Shown one piece after another: positions 1-9,241 of a stretch of 64,000 nt of DNA (positions are counted from its first letter, which is position 1; each line of letters opens with the position of its first letter). A program made the position numbers and the translations under genes. The notes beneath the pieces were generated by a model. That model had not been told where the DNA came from. It made no database searches and was given only the letters and a program-made list of their open reading frames with translations. The DNA is taken from the NCBI GenBank assembly GCA_046318115.1, contig JBKCVA010000021.1, positions 114 through 64,113 on the forward strand, in the 5' to 3' direction. The DNA is from Lysobacterales bacterium (GTDB taxonomy: Bacteria > Pseudomonadota > Gammaproteobacteria > Xanthomonadales > Xanthomonadaceae).

Positions 1-262
1 CCAAGTGGTTCGCAGCGCTGCCCGATCAGCCTGCTGGGTTATGCCCGACCAGCTCGACCTGTTCGAGTCTCCGGCCAAGGCCAAGGGATTCATTGCGATC
101 GCCAAGCGCTGGATCGTGGAGCGGACGCACGCGTGGAACGAGCGCGTGCGTCGGCTGGTGATGCATCACGATCGCAAGACCAGCGTGTCCGAAGCCTGGG
201 TTTGGCTCACCGAGGCGCGGATGCTGCTTCGACGCCCGACCACCCAATTTGTCAACACCCTC
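1..262 (+). mobile_element. Right end of an IS5-family insertion sequence: transposase C-terminus plus right terminal inverted repeat TTGTCAACACCCTC (249-262); the element continues beyond the window start
   Basis: Translation contains GFIAIAKRWIVERTHAW...RRLVMHHDRK...EAWVWL, matching the RWxVERTxAW...RRL DDE_Tnp_1-type C-terminal signature; the end reads GAGGGTGTTGACAA on the minus strand, typical of IS5-family TIRs. Confidence 0.85.
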
Positions 263-843
263 TCAGCGCACCATGGTGCCCCACCACGCCGCCACGCGCT
301 GCAGTCCTTCTGCCACGCTCACCCGCGGCGCGTAGCCGAAGTCGCGGCGCGCCGCGGAAATGTCGTACCAGTGCGTGGTGGCGAGCTGTTCGGCGACGAA
401 GCGCGTCATCGGCGGCTCCGCTTCGATGCGGAACACGGTGTAGATGCCCTCCAGCACGGCGCCGATCGCGAACGCCAGCCCGTAGGGCACGCGGCGCGTC
501 TCCGGCCGCAGGCCGCAGGCCGCAGGCGCGCAGCATGGCGTTGATCATGTCGTCGGCGTAGACCGGCTCGCCGTTGCTGATGAAGTAGGCGCGCCCGGCG
601 CAGCCCGCGCCGGGCGCCACGCGGTCCAGCGCGTCGAGGTGCGCCTGCGCCGCGTTGTCGACGTAGACCACGTCGATCTTCTTTCGCACGGAGCCGACGA
701 AGCGCAGCCGGCCGGCGCGCGCGCGGTCGACGATGCGCGGCAGCAGGTGGTTGTCGCCGGGGCCCCAGATCAGGTGCGGGCGCAGCGCCACGGTGGACAG
801 CGTGGCGTCGTTGGCGGTCAGCACGCGCTGCTCGGCGGATGCA
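263..843 (-). pseudogene. oleD: 5'-truncated, frameshifted remnant of an OleD-like 2-alkyl-3-oxoalkanoate reductase (3-beta-HSD/NAD-dependent epimerase family)
   Basis: [45 protein letters not shown] in one frame and [28 protein letters not shown] in another; the N-terminal GxxGxxG half is absent; the frame switch coincides with a (GGCCGCA)x3 repeat at 504-524. Confidence 0.8.
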
Positions 844-845
844 AG

Positions 846-865
846 AATGTGTTGCGTGGCACATT
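846..865. promoter_or_regulatory. CRP/Clp-like palindromic operator AATGTG-N8-CACATT upstream of pgaA
   Basis: Perfect 6-bp inverted arms with the CRP-family spacing (TGTGt-N6-gCACA) in an AT-rich patch about 70 bp upstream of the likely pgaA start. Confidence 0.5.
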
Positions 866-937
866 TTTTGCTGTGTGACGCGTGTCCGTCTCCGCCACCG
901 GTGGAGTCCAGCCGCACGCCGATGTCCGGAGCTCCTC

Positions 938-3022
938 CTGAAAGTCGCGCCCTACCTACTACTGAAGCCCGCGCCCCTCGTCCTCGCCTTCAGCCTGGCC
1001 GGTTTCGCCTGCGGGTTTCCGATCGCGGCCTCGGCGCAGTCCACAAGTGACGCAGCGGGGCAGGCTTCCGAGGACGTTGGCGCGCTCATGGAGGCCGCCG
1101 CCGAGGCGCGTCGGCAATCCGACTGGCCGCTGGCGCTGGACCTCTATGCCCAGGCCCTGAGCGTCCGCCCCGGCCACGCGGCGGCGATCCGCGAGCGCGC
1201 ACTGACGCTCCAGCAGCAGGGTGCGGTGATCGAAGCCTGGCGCCAATACCGCGAACGCCCCACCCTGTTCCGCGCCAGCGAGGCGCTGGGCTTCGAGCTC
1301 GATGCGCTGGCGCGGCGACTGAACTGGGCTCAGCTCGAACGCGACCCGCAGGCCCAGCAAACCGCCCTGCTCGCCCTGCTCGACGAGTACGAGGCCATGC
1401 GCCTGGGCGCCGCCAGCGACGATGCCGGTGCCCTGGCGCGGGTCGAGAATGACCGCCTGCTGACCCTGCAGCTGCTCGGCCGCCATGCCGAAGTGGAAGC
1501 CGAAGTCACAGCGCGACTGGAGCGGGGCGAAGCCCTGCCCGACTGGCTGAAGGTGCCTGCCGCCGATTCCTTGATGGCCCTGCGCGAGCCTGAGCGCGCG
1601 CAGGAGCAACTGCAACCCGTCCTCGAGTCCGAACCGGGCAATGCCAGCGCCACGGTGCTGCAGGGCTATGCACTGTTGGAGCAGGAGCAGCACGAAGACG
1701 CGCGCGCCCTGCTGGGCGAGTGGTTGGCCGCGAATCCACCCTTCGATGCGGACGGCAAGGCCAACTGGGCGCGTCCCAGCGTCGAGCTGAACGACATCCT
1801 CATCGAGAATTTCAGCGAGCAGATCGACAGCGCCTACGCCCGCATCGTCGAACTGAGTGATCTGGCGCCGCTCGACCCCGGTCTGCAGGAGGCGCGCGCG
1901 GGCATCGAGCGCCGCCGCGGCTGGGCCGAAAAGGCCCTGGTCAGTGCGCGCATCGCCGCCACCGAGGCCCCGGACTGGGTGCTGCCGCGCGCCGCCGAGA
2001 TCGAAGCCCTGCTCGACCTCGATCGCATCCGCGAAGCGCGCATCCAGCTCGACACCTTCATCAAGCGCCACGGCAAGCACCGGCAGGCGCAGGGGGTGCA
2101 GCAGCGCTGGGAGCGCCGACAAGGCGCCCAATGGGCCGCCGAAGCCCTGCGCGCGCAGTCAAGTCTGGTCGAAGAGGGCGGCGGCGGGCCGCTGGGCCCG
2201 GGCGGCAACGGTGAGTTCCGCGCGATCGCGCGTTGGGAAGGTCCACTCATCGACGATGCCTGGCGCGTGGGCGCCCTGGCGGGCGTGCATTGGGCTGACT
2301 TCCAAGGGCAGCGCGTGGAGCGCAGCCGCGCGGCGGTCACCCTGAGCTGGCGCCAGGACCAGTTGGCTTGGGGCGCCGAGGCCGGCCGCACCCTGGATGA
2401 CTTCGTCCCCGAGACGGCGCTGGGCGGATGGCTGCGCTACCGGCACAACGACATCTGGCGGAGCTCGTACGCGCTCTGGCACCACGCGCCTTTCGCTTCC
2501 CTGCAGGCCCGGGCAGCGGGCATCCGCGCCGACGGCGCACAGTTCGGGCTCAGCCGCAGCCCGGATGAGCGCAGCCGCAGCGGGCTCAGCCTGGAACAGC
2601 TCCGCTACGAAGACGGCAACGTGCGCACCAGCGCCTACCTGTCCCACCGCCAGCAGATCAAGGCCCAACCGCGCGGCGAGTGGTACGCCCGCCTCGGTCT
2701 CGGCGGCGGCCGCGCCAGCCGCGAAGACGCGCCCTATTTCAACCCGCGCCGGGACGCCAGCGCGGATGCCGGCCTGACCCTTGACCGGGTGCTTGCGCGC
2801 GACTACGCCGAAACCTGGCGGCTGCGACTCGATGTCGACATCAGCCGCGGATGGCAGGACGGCTACGGCAGCCACTGGACGCCCGCAGTGGAAATCATGC
2901 CGCGCTGGCAGTGGTGCGCCGGCCACGAGGTGAGCCTCGGCCTGCGCTGGAGCCGACCGGTCTACGACGGCCGTCGCGAGGAACGCTGGGCGGTGGTGCT
3001 GCGCATCGGGGGTGGCGAATGA
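938..3022 (+). CDS. pgaA: PgaA-like PNAG export porin (N-terminal TPR region, C-terminal beta-barrel); start uncertain, likely CTG at 938
   Basis: ORF 839-3022; signal-peptide-like N-terminus, helical TPR-like repeats, YFNP motif and aromatic-rich C-terminal strands; first gene of a pgaABCD-type operon; GGAG lies 6 nt before CTG 938. Confidence 0.8.
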   Translation: MKVAPYLLLKPAPLVLAFSLAGFACGFPIAASAQSTSDAAGQASEDVGALMEAAAEARRQSDWPLALDLYAQALSVRPGHAAAIRERALTLQQQGAVIEAWRQYRERPTLFRASEALGFELDALARRLNWAQLERDPQAQQTALLALLDEYEAMRLGAASDDAGALARVENDRLLTLQLLGRHAEVEAEVTARLERGEALPDWLKVPAADSLMALREPERAQEQLQPVLESEPGNASATVLQGYALLEQEQHEDARALLGEWLAANPPFDADGKANWARPSVELNDILIENFSEQIDSAYARIVELSDLAPLDPGLQEARAGIERRRGWAEKALVSARIAATEAPDWVLPRAAEIEALLDLDRIREARIQLDTFIKRHGKHRQAQGVQQRWERRQGAQWAAEALRAQSSLVEEGGGGPLGPGGNGEFRAIARWEGPLIDDAWRVGALAGVHWADFQGQRVERSRAAVTLSWRQDQLAWGAEAGRTLDDFVPETALGGWLRYRHNDIWRSSYALWHHAPFASLQARAAGIRADGAQFGLSRSPDERSRSGLSLEQLRYEDGNVRTSAYLSHRQQIKAQPRGEWYARLGLGGGRASREDAPYFNPRRDASADAGLTLDRVLARDYAETWRLRLDVDISRGWQDGYGSHWTPAVEIMPRWQWCAGHEVSLGLRWSRPVYDGRREERWAVVLRIGGGE

Positions 3023-4809
3023 GCCGTTGGCTGATCGCCGTACTGCTGCTGTGGACGAGTGTCGACAGCCGCGCGGAACTGCTGGTGCTGCGCTTCGCCG
3101 ATGTGGTGAAGGACGCACGCGAAGCTGGCCATGAGCGATTGAGTCGCGACCAGCTCACCGCCCGCTTCGATTGGCTGGCTGCGCAAGGCTACCGTCCCGT
3201 CAGCCTGCAGCAGGTGCTGGACGCCCGTGCGGGTCGCGCCGAGCTGCCAGCGCAAGCCGTGCTGCTGAGCTTCGACGGCGGCTTCGACTCGCTGGAGACC
3301 GAAGTGCAGCCCCTTTTGCGCGCCTTCGGCTGGCCGGCGATCGCCGCGCTGCCTACGGCGCGGATCGGCCAGGACGACGAACGCCTCGACTGGCCGGCGC
3401 TGAAGCGCATCGCCGACCAGGGCTCGATCGAGCTGATCAGTGGCGGCCATGCACTGGACCAGCCGTGGCCGCGCGGCGAGGACGCCGCACCGCTGCCCTC
3501 GCCGACGCTGCGCCGTTTCGAGGGCTCCGCGCTCGAGACCTCGCGCGATTTCGCCGCGCGCGTGGCTGCCGACCTTCAGCTCAGTCGCGAAGCCCTCGAG
3601 GACGGCGCCGGTCGCACCCCGCGCGCGGTCGCCTGGCCACTCGGCGCGTGGACGCCTTTGGGCATGCGCGAGGCAGACATGCGCGGCATGGCGCTCGGCT
3701 TCGACCTGTCGGGGCGCTCCCAGCACGCCGACGCCTGGCCGGTGCTGGCGCGCCTCGACGTGGCCAGCGAGGCCAGCCTCGCCGACTTCGTCGCCGAACT
3801 CACCCCGCGGCGCATGCCGTCCTTCCGTGCGGTGCAGGTCGATCTCGACTACGTCTACGACCCCGATCCGGCACAGCTCGAGCGCAATCTCGATGCCCTG
3901 GTGGAGCGCATCGACGCGATCGCACCCAACCACGTCTGGCTGCAGGCCTTTGCCGATCCCGACGGCGACGGTGCCGCCGATGCGGTCTACTTCGGCAACC
4001 GCCACATGCCGATGCAGGCCGAGCTGTTCGGGCGCGTGGCCGAACTCCTGCGTCGCAAGACCGGCGTCGAAGTGCATGCCTGGCTGCCGGTGCTGGGCTG
4101 GCACTGGCCGGCGACGGAAGATGCCCCGCGCGCGCTCCGGGCCTCGAACGCCGGCGAGATCCCGCGGCTCGACCCCAGCGACCCGCGGACCGCCCAGCGC
4201 GTGGCCGAGATCTATGCCGATCTTGCCGCCCGCGCGCCGATCCAGGGCCTGCTGTTCCACGACGATGCCTTCCTGCGCGAAGACGAACTGCGCAGCGCCT
4301 GGCCCGACAACCGCGAGCGCGTGAACGCGCTGGTGGAGCTGACCCGGACGCTCGAAGCGGCCGCCGAGTCCGAACGCCCGCGCCTGCGCACCGCCCGCAA
4401 CCTGTATGCGCGCCCCCTGCTGGAGCCCGCCAGCGTCGCCTGGTTCGCCCAGGATCACGCCTCGATGCTGGCCGCCTACGACCGCGTCGCGCTGATGGCG
4501 ATGCCACGCATGGAAGGCGCTGGCGATGCGCGCGCCTGGCTGCTGGATCTCGCCGCCGAGGTGGAGCGCATCGACGCTGGCTTCGAGCGCACCGTGTTCG
4601 TCCTCCAGGCCCGCGACTGGGCGGGTGGACGGGCGATCGGCGATGACACCCTGATCGACTGGGCCCGCGAGCTGCGTGCCCGCGGGGTCCGCCATCTCGC
4701 CTACTACCCGGATGATTTCATCGGCGGCCAGCCCGGCCTGCGTGCAGCACGCGCCGTGGCCAGTGCGCGTCGGTTCCCGTACCTGCGGCAGGACCCCGGA
4801 ACCCGCTGA
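3019..4809 (+). CDS. pgaB: PgaB/HmsF-like protein: CE4-type N-terminal domain (degenerate active site) plus GH153 C-terminal domain
   Basis: GYRPVSL..LLSFDGG..WPA..AWPLG and VDLDYVYDPDP..WLQAFADPDGDG..HAWLPVL..GLLFHDDAFL..ARNLYA..MAMP..LQARDW..YYPDDF; ATGA overlap with pgaA. Confidence 0.9.
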   Translation: MSRWLIAVLLLWTSVDSRAELLVLRFADVVKDAREAGHERLSRDQLTARFDWLAAQGYRPVSLQQVLDARAGRAELPAQAVLLSFDGGFDSLETEVQPLLRAFGWPAIAALPTARIGQDDERLDWPALKRIADQGSIELISGGHALDQPWPRGEDAAPLPSPTLRRFEGSALETSRDFAARVAADLQLSREALEDGAGRTPRAVAWPLGAWTPLGMREADMRGMALGFDLSGRSQHADAWPVLARLDVASEASLADFVAELTPRRMPSFRAVQVDLDYVYDPDPAQLERNLDALVERIDAIAPNHVWLQAFADPDGDGAADAVYFGNRHMPMQAELFGRVAELLRRKTGVEVHAWLPVLGWHWPATEDAPRALRASNAGEIPRLDPSDPRTAQRVAEIYADLAARAPIQGLLFHDDAFLREDELRSAWPDNRERVNALVELTRTLEAAAESERPRLRTARNLYARPLLEPASVAWFAQDHASMLAAYDRVALMAMPRMEGAGDARAWLLDLAAEVERIDAGFERTVFVLQARDWAGGRAIGDDTLIDWARELRARGVRHLAYYPDDFIGGQPGLRAARAVASARRFPYLRQDPGTR

Positions 4810-6071
4810 TGGACTGGCTGCAGAACCCGGACTTTCTGAGCCTGTTCTTCGGCTTCGCCTTCTACTACCCGGCGACCATGTCGATCGTGTGGATGTGCGG
4901 CGGGCTCTACTACTTCCTGCGCCGTGAACGCCACGAGCCGCCGCGACACCAGCCGCCGGAAATGAAGGAATACCCCTTCGCGACCCTGCTCGTGCCCTGT
5001 CACAACGAGGGCCCCAACTGCGAGGACACGATCTCCGCACTCGCGGCGCAGATCTACCCGGACTTCGAGATCATCGCGATCAACGACGGCTCGACCGACG
5101 ACACCGCCGAGCACCTGAACCGTCTGACCGCGCGCTTCCCGCGTCTGCGGGTGATCCATCTGAGCCGCAACCTCGGCAAGGCCAACGCCCTGCGCATGGG
5201 TACGCTCGCGGCACGCGGCGAGTACCTGATCTGCATCGACGGCGATGCCATGCTCGACCCCTGGGCCACGCGCTGGATGGTCTGGCATCTGGCTTCGGGT
5301 CCGCGCGTGGGCGCCGTCACCGGCAACCCGCGCATCCGCAACCGCAGCACCCTGCTCGGGCGCCTGCAGGTCGGCGAATTCAGTTCGATCATCGGCATGA
5401 TCAAGCGCGCCCAGCGCGTGTACGGCCGCATTTTCACCCTCTCCGGCGTGATCGCCGGCTTCCGCAAGACCGCCTTGGAGCGCATCGGTTTCTGGAACGA
5501 AACCATGATCACCGAGGACATCGACATCAGCTGGCGCCTGCAGCTCGACCACTGGGACATCCGCTACGAGCCCAATGCGCTGTGCTGGATCCTGATGCCG
5601 GAAACCTACAAGGGCCTGTGGAAACAGCGCCTGCGCTGGGCCCAGGGCGGCGTGGAAGTGCTGATGAAGCACGCCGGCAACCTGCTCAACTGGAAGAAGC
5701 GCCGAATGTGGGGCGTGCTGGCCGAGTACTTCTTCAGCGTGCTCTGGGCCTACGTGATGCTCGGCATCCTGGTGCTCTGGGTCATCGGCCTCGTCTTCCA
5801 CATGCCGCCGGCGCTGTACGTCGACACCATCCTGCCGCGCTGGCATGGCATGGTGCTGGCCCTCATCTGCATGACCCAGTTTGGAGTGTCGATGATCATC
5901 GACCGCCGCTACGAGGCTGGGGTCGGTCGCAACTATTTCTGGATGGTCTGGTACCCCATCGCCTACTGGCTGCTCAGCCTGTTCACCACAGTGGTGGCCG
6001 TGCCGAAGACGATCTTCCGCGGCAAGCCCAAGCGTGCCACCTGGGTCAGCCCAGACCGGGGCGTGCAGTGA
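4809..6071 (+). CDS. pgaC: PNAG synthase, GT2 family
   Basis: NDGSTD, GKANAL, IDGDA, TEDID and QRLRWAQGG motifs plus C-terminal TM helices ending WVSPDRG. Confidence 0.95.
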   Translation: MDWLQNPDFLSLFFGFAFYYPATMSIVWMCGGLYYFLRRERHEPPRHQPPEMKEYPFATLLVPCHNEGPNCEDTISALAAQIYPDFEIIAINDGSTDDTAEHLNRLTARFPRLRVIHLSRNLGKANALRMGTLAARGEYLICIDGDAMLDPWATRWMVWHLASGPRVGAVTGNPRIRNRSTLLGRLQVGEFSSIIGMIKRAQRVYGRIFTLSGVIAGFRKTALERIGFWNETMITEDIDISWRLQLDHWDIRYEPNALCWILMPETYKGLWKQRLRWAQGGVEVLMKHAGNLLNWKKRRMWGVLAEYFFSVLWAYVMLGILVLWVIGLVFHMPPALYVDTILPRWHGMVLALICMTQFGVSMIIDRRYEAGVGRNYFWMVWYPIAYWLLSLFTTVVAVPKTIFRGKPKRATWVSPDRGVQ

Positions 6072-6613
6072 GCAGCAAGACGCTCAATCCGGCCGAACAG
6101 GTCGCCGCGACCGCGAACCAGCTCAAGCCGCAGGGCCCGCTGATCGTGGCCCCTGAGAAAGTCAGCTGGCGGGACCGCACGATCTCGCATCTCCTGACCG
6201 GCGCCGCCTGGGCCGCCTACTTCTGGCTGATCGCGCCGGCGATCACCACGCTGGCGTGGATCCTGGGCCTGCGCTACGCCTGGATCGAGCTGACCGCGCC
6301 CCTGTTGACCGGTCAGGGCATGCCGGGCCTGCTGCTGCCCATCCTCGCGGGCAGCGGTGTCGTCGTGCTGCTGCTGTGGGCTGAATTCAACCGCTGGCGC
6401 TTCACCGGCGTCGAACGCCGCAAGACCACCCCGCCCGTCTCCGACGCCGTAGTCGCCGCCGCGCTCGGCGCCCCGCTCTCGCTGCCGCACGAACTGCGCG
6501 CCAGCTTCGAGACGCTGCCGGTCGTGGTGCTGCAGATGAACGAGCAGGCCGAGCCCGAGGGCTTCATCGCCACGCTGGAACCGCCGAAGCCGCTGCGCAG
6601 GATCATGAAGTAG
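6068..6613 (+). CDS. pgaD: PgaD-like PNAG biosynthesis membrane protein
   Basis: GTGA overlap with pgaC stop; two TM segments; LLLWAEFNRWRFTGVERR matches the PgaD WAxYNxxRFxGxxRR pattern. Confidence 0.85.
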   Translation: MSSKTLNPAEQVAATANQLKPQGPLIVAPEKVSWRDRTISHLLTGAAWAAYFWLIAPAITTLAWILGLRYAWIELTAPLLTGQGMPGLLLPILAGSGVVVLLLWAEFNRWRFTGVERRKTTPPVSDAVVAAALGAPLSLPHELRASFETLPVVVLQMNEQAEPEGFIATLEPPKPLRRIMK

Positions 6614-6616
6614 GCC

Positions 6617-6639
6617 CATAGGGTGGGCGCTGGCCCACC
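6617..6639 (+). repeat. REP-like hairpin CATAG-GGTGGG-CGCTGG-CCCACC
   Basis: Same 23-nt architecture as the copies at 11167-11397 and 15025-15047; lies 3 nt after the pgaD stop. Confidence 0.7.
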
Positions 6640-6788
6640 GTGGGCTCGACGCTCGCACCACGATGGACGCGTGCCACGCCCGAAACGCTTCCACGGTGAG
6701 CGATCGGGTCCAGCCCTGCCGCCCCCTGACGCCTGGTCTGCAGCACGCACGCGCGTCAGAATCGCGAACGACCTACCCGGAGAAGCAC

Positions 6789-7166
6789 ATGGGCCTGCTC
6801 GACGGAATGCTTGGCAATGCCTCGAAGATCGACTCCGCGAAGATCCAGCACGAGTTCACCAGCCTTCTCGCGCAGGGCGAGCGTGTCGAACACGCCTACC
6901 AACTCATTCGCGACTACTTCGTTTTCACCGACAGGCGCTTGGTGCTGGTCGACAAGCAGGGGCTGACCGGCAGCAAGATCGAGTACCACTCGATCCCCTA
7001 CCGGAGCATTACCCACTTCAGCATCGAGACCGCTGGCACCTTCGATCTCGATGCCGAGCTCAAGATCTGGATCTCCAGCACCGCCGTACCTGTCCAGAAG
7101 CGCTTCAACAAGAAGCTCAGCATCTACGAGGTGCAGGCGGTGCTGGCAAGCTACGTGCTGCGCTAG
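6789..7166 (+). CDS. Bacterial PH-domain protein (YvbH/bPH_1-like)
   Basis: MGLLDGMLGNAS..LIRDYFVFTDRRLVLVDKQGLTGSKIEYHSIPY..FSIETAGTFDLDAELKIW; GGAGAAG RBS. Confidence 0.9.
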   Translation: MGLLDGMLGNASKIDSAKIQHEFTSLLAQGERVEHAYQLIRDYFVFTDRRLVLVDKQGLTGSKIEYHSIPYRSITHFSIETAGTFDLDAELKIWISSTAVPVQKRFNKKLSIYEVQAVLASYVLR

Positions 7167-7223
7167 CGACGCAGCTTCGGCGCCAGCTGCTGTCGCTCCG
7201 TCGAGGCGGTGCAGCCGAGCCAC

Positions 7224-8066
7224 TCAGGCATCCGCAGTCGAGAGCGTCTGCGCCCGCAACCAAGCCAAGGGCGAAGCCCCGACCCGTGCACTGAACACCC
7301 GCGCCAGCGCGGACGCCGAGGCGTAGCCGACCTGCTGGGCCACCTGCCCCACCGGCCGACCGCGACGCAGCTCGGCCATGGCCAGTCCCACCCGCCAGCC
7401 CGCGAGGTAGTCCATCGGCGTCTGTCCCAGCACCTGCTGGAAATGCAGGGCGAAGCGCGCGCGCGACATGCCGGCACGCTCGGCGAGCTGCTGCAGCGTC
7501 CAGACCTCCGCCGGCTGGGCGTGCATCGCCACCAGCGCCTTGGCCAGGCGTGGATCGGCCAAACCCGCCAGGACTCCCAAGCGAGGCCCGCCGCCGCTCA
7601 TGGCGATGCGCAGCAGGTGCAGCACCAGCAGCTCGCTCAAACGATCCAGCGCGGCTGATCGGCCACAGCGTTGCTCGAAGGCCTCATCGAACAGAAGCTG
7701 CAGCACGCTCGCGAGTGCCGGGGCGGCGTCCAGCGCCAGCACCAGCGGATTGGGCAGTGCCACGGACAGCGGATCGGCGCCCGACGGACCAAAGGCCACG
7801 GAAGCGCAGACGAGTTCAGCGGACTCGCCGGGGGGTGTCGCCAAGCGATGCGCGAGTGGGCGCGGGTAGAAGGCCAGGCTGGGCCGTTCCAATCGCTGCA
7901 GGCATTCACCCCGACTGTCCTGCAGCTCGATGACGCCGGTCCGCAGCACATGCAGATGCCCCGAGCCATCGCTGCTGTCGAACAGCTCGCTGCCGCAGAC
8001 CAGGCCCGAATGAAAGACGCGCGCCTTCAGGGCGAAGTGGTCGAGCAGGTGGGCGAGACGGTCCAT
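7224..8066 (-). CDS. AraC-family regulator with Cupin_6 N-terminal domain (RclR-like)
   Basis: MDRLAHLL..SGLVCG..ELVCASV..; C-terminal WTLQQLAERAGMSRARFALHF..GQTP..VGYASASALARVF double HTH; divergent from the AhpD-like gene. Confidence 0.9.
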   Translation of the reverse strand: MDRLAHLLDHFALKARVFHSGLVCGSELFDSSDGSGHLHVLRTGVIELQDSRGECLQRLERPSLAFYPRPLAHRLATPPGESAELVCASVAFGPSGADPLSVALPNPLVLALDAAPALASVLQLLFDEAFEQRCGRSAALDRLSELLVLHLLRIAMSGGGPRLGVLAGLADPRLAKALVAMHAQPAEVWTLQQLAERAGMSRARFALHFQQVLGQTPMDYLAGWRVGLAMAELRRGRPVGQVAQQVGYASASALARVFSARVGASPLAWLRAQTLSTADA

Positions 8067-8174
8067 TTGAGACTCCGGGTATCGCATTGGAGACGATCGG
8101 ATTCCAAGAGTATCGAAGTGAACGGGAAGATGTGCCCCGTGGCCCGACGCCCCCCCACTTCCAAGGAGATCACC

Positions 8175-8732
8175 ATGCCCCGCATCGCCCCGCTCGACCC
8201 CACCCAGGCCAGCCCCGCCACCGCCGAAGCCCTGTTCGGCGTGAAGGCCAAACTGGGCGGCCTGCCCAACCTCATCCTGACCCTGGCGCATTCGCCGACC
8301 GCCCTGCACGGCTATCTGGGCTTCGGCAGCGCGCAGGCGCAGGGCCTGCTGGACTCGCGCCAGCGCGAGATCGTCGCGCTGGCCGTGGGCCAGGCCAACC
8401 GCTGCGGCTACTGCCTGGCAGCGCACTCCGTGATCGGTCGCGGCGCGGGACTGAGCGCGGACGCGATCGCCGCGGCACGCGCCGGCCGTGGCCTGGAGCC
8501 GCGCGACGCCGCCCTCGCACGCTTTGCCCAAACCGTGGTCGAGCGCCGCGGCAACGTCGACGAGCGCGAATTCGACGCCTTCATCGGCGCCGGCTTCGGC
8601 GCGGGCGAAGCCATCGAAGTGGTGGCCCTGGTCGCACAGAACACGCTGACCAACTACGTCAACCACCTTGCCGGCACTGCCGTCGACTTCCCCGTCGTCG
8701 CCCTCGACCTGCCGAACTCGCAGGCGGCCTGA
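8175..8732 (+). CDS. AhpD-like/carboxymuconolactone decarboxylase family peroxidase-related protein
   Basis: REIVALAVGQANRCGYCLAAH core motif; AAGGAG RBS. Confidence 0.9.
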   Translation: MPRIAPLDPTQASPATAEALFGVKAKLGGLPNLILTLAHSPTALHGYLGFGSAQAQGLLDSRQREIVALAVGQANRCGYCLAAHSVIGRGAGLSADAIAAARAGRGLEPRDAALARFAQTVVERRGNVDEREFDAFIGAGFGAGEAIEVVALVAQNTLTNYVNHLAGTAVDFPVVALDLPNSQAA

Positions 8733-8832
8733 GCGCGCGCGCGAGGCAATCAGAGCGCCCCGGGCACGCTCCTCCCTGCTGCGTGCGGGGCTACCGCTTC
8801 GCGCGCATGCCCCCCACTCATCAGGATCCGCC

Positions 8833-9234
8833 ATGTCCCCACTCATGCCTGCCGTCCGCGCGCTGCTCGTGCTCGCGCTGTTCTCGATCGCGAGCCTTGC
8901 CCAGGCCGAGAGTCGCTTCGACGCCTTCACCCCGGAACGTTTCCAGGCGCTGCAGGCGGAGGGCAAGACCATCGTCATTGACGTGTGGGCGCCGTGGTGC
9001 CCGACCTGCCGCAACCAGTCGCCAAAGCTCGAGGCCCTGTTGGCCGAGCCGGCCTTCGCGGAGTTCGCAGGGCTGAAGCTGCACTGGGACGATCAACGCG
9101 AACTCGCCAAGCAGCTCGGCGCACCGCGACAGAGCACGGTGTTCGTGTTCAAGGGCAGCGAGCAGCGCGCAATGAGCGTGGCCGAGACTGATCTCGACCG
9201 GCTGCGCGAGGTCTACCGCACGGGCCTCGACTGA
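8833..9234 (+). CDS. Exported thioredoxin-family protein
   Basis: Signal peptide (LLVLALFSIASLAQA), DVWAPWCPTC active site, cis-Pro region PRQST. Confidence 0.9.
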   Translation: MSPLMPAVRALLVLALFSIASLAQAESRFDAFTPERFQALQAEGKTIVIDVWAPWCPTCRNQSPKLEALLAEPAFAEFAGLKLHWDDQRELAKQLGAPRQSTVFVFKGSEQRAMSVAETDLDRLREVYRTGLD

Positions 9235-9241
9235 AGCACCT

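Noticed and set aside
7224-9014. 596-aa extended AraC ORF
   Set aside because: The N-terminal extension is antisense to the AhpD and thioredoxin genes; the real start is near 8066.
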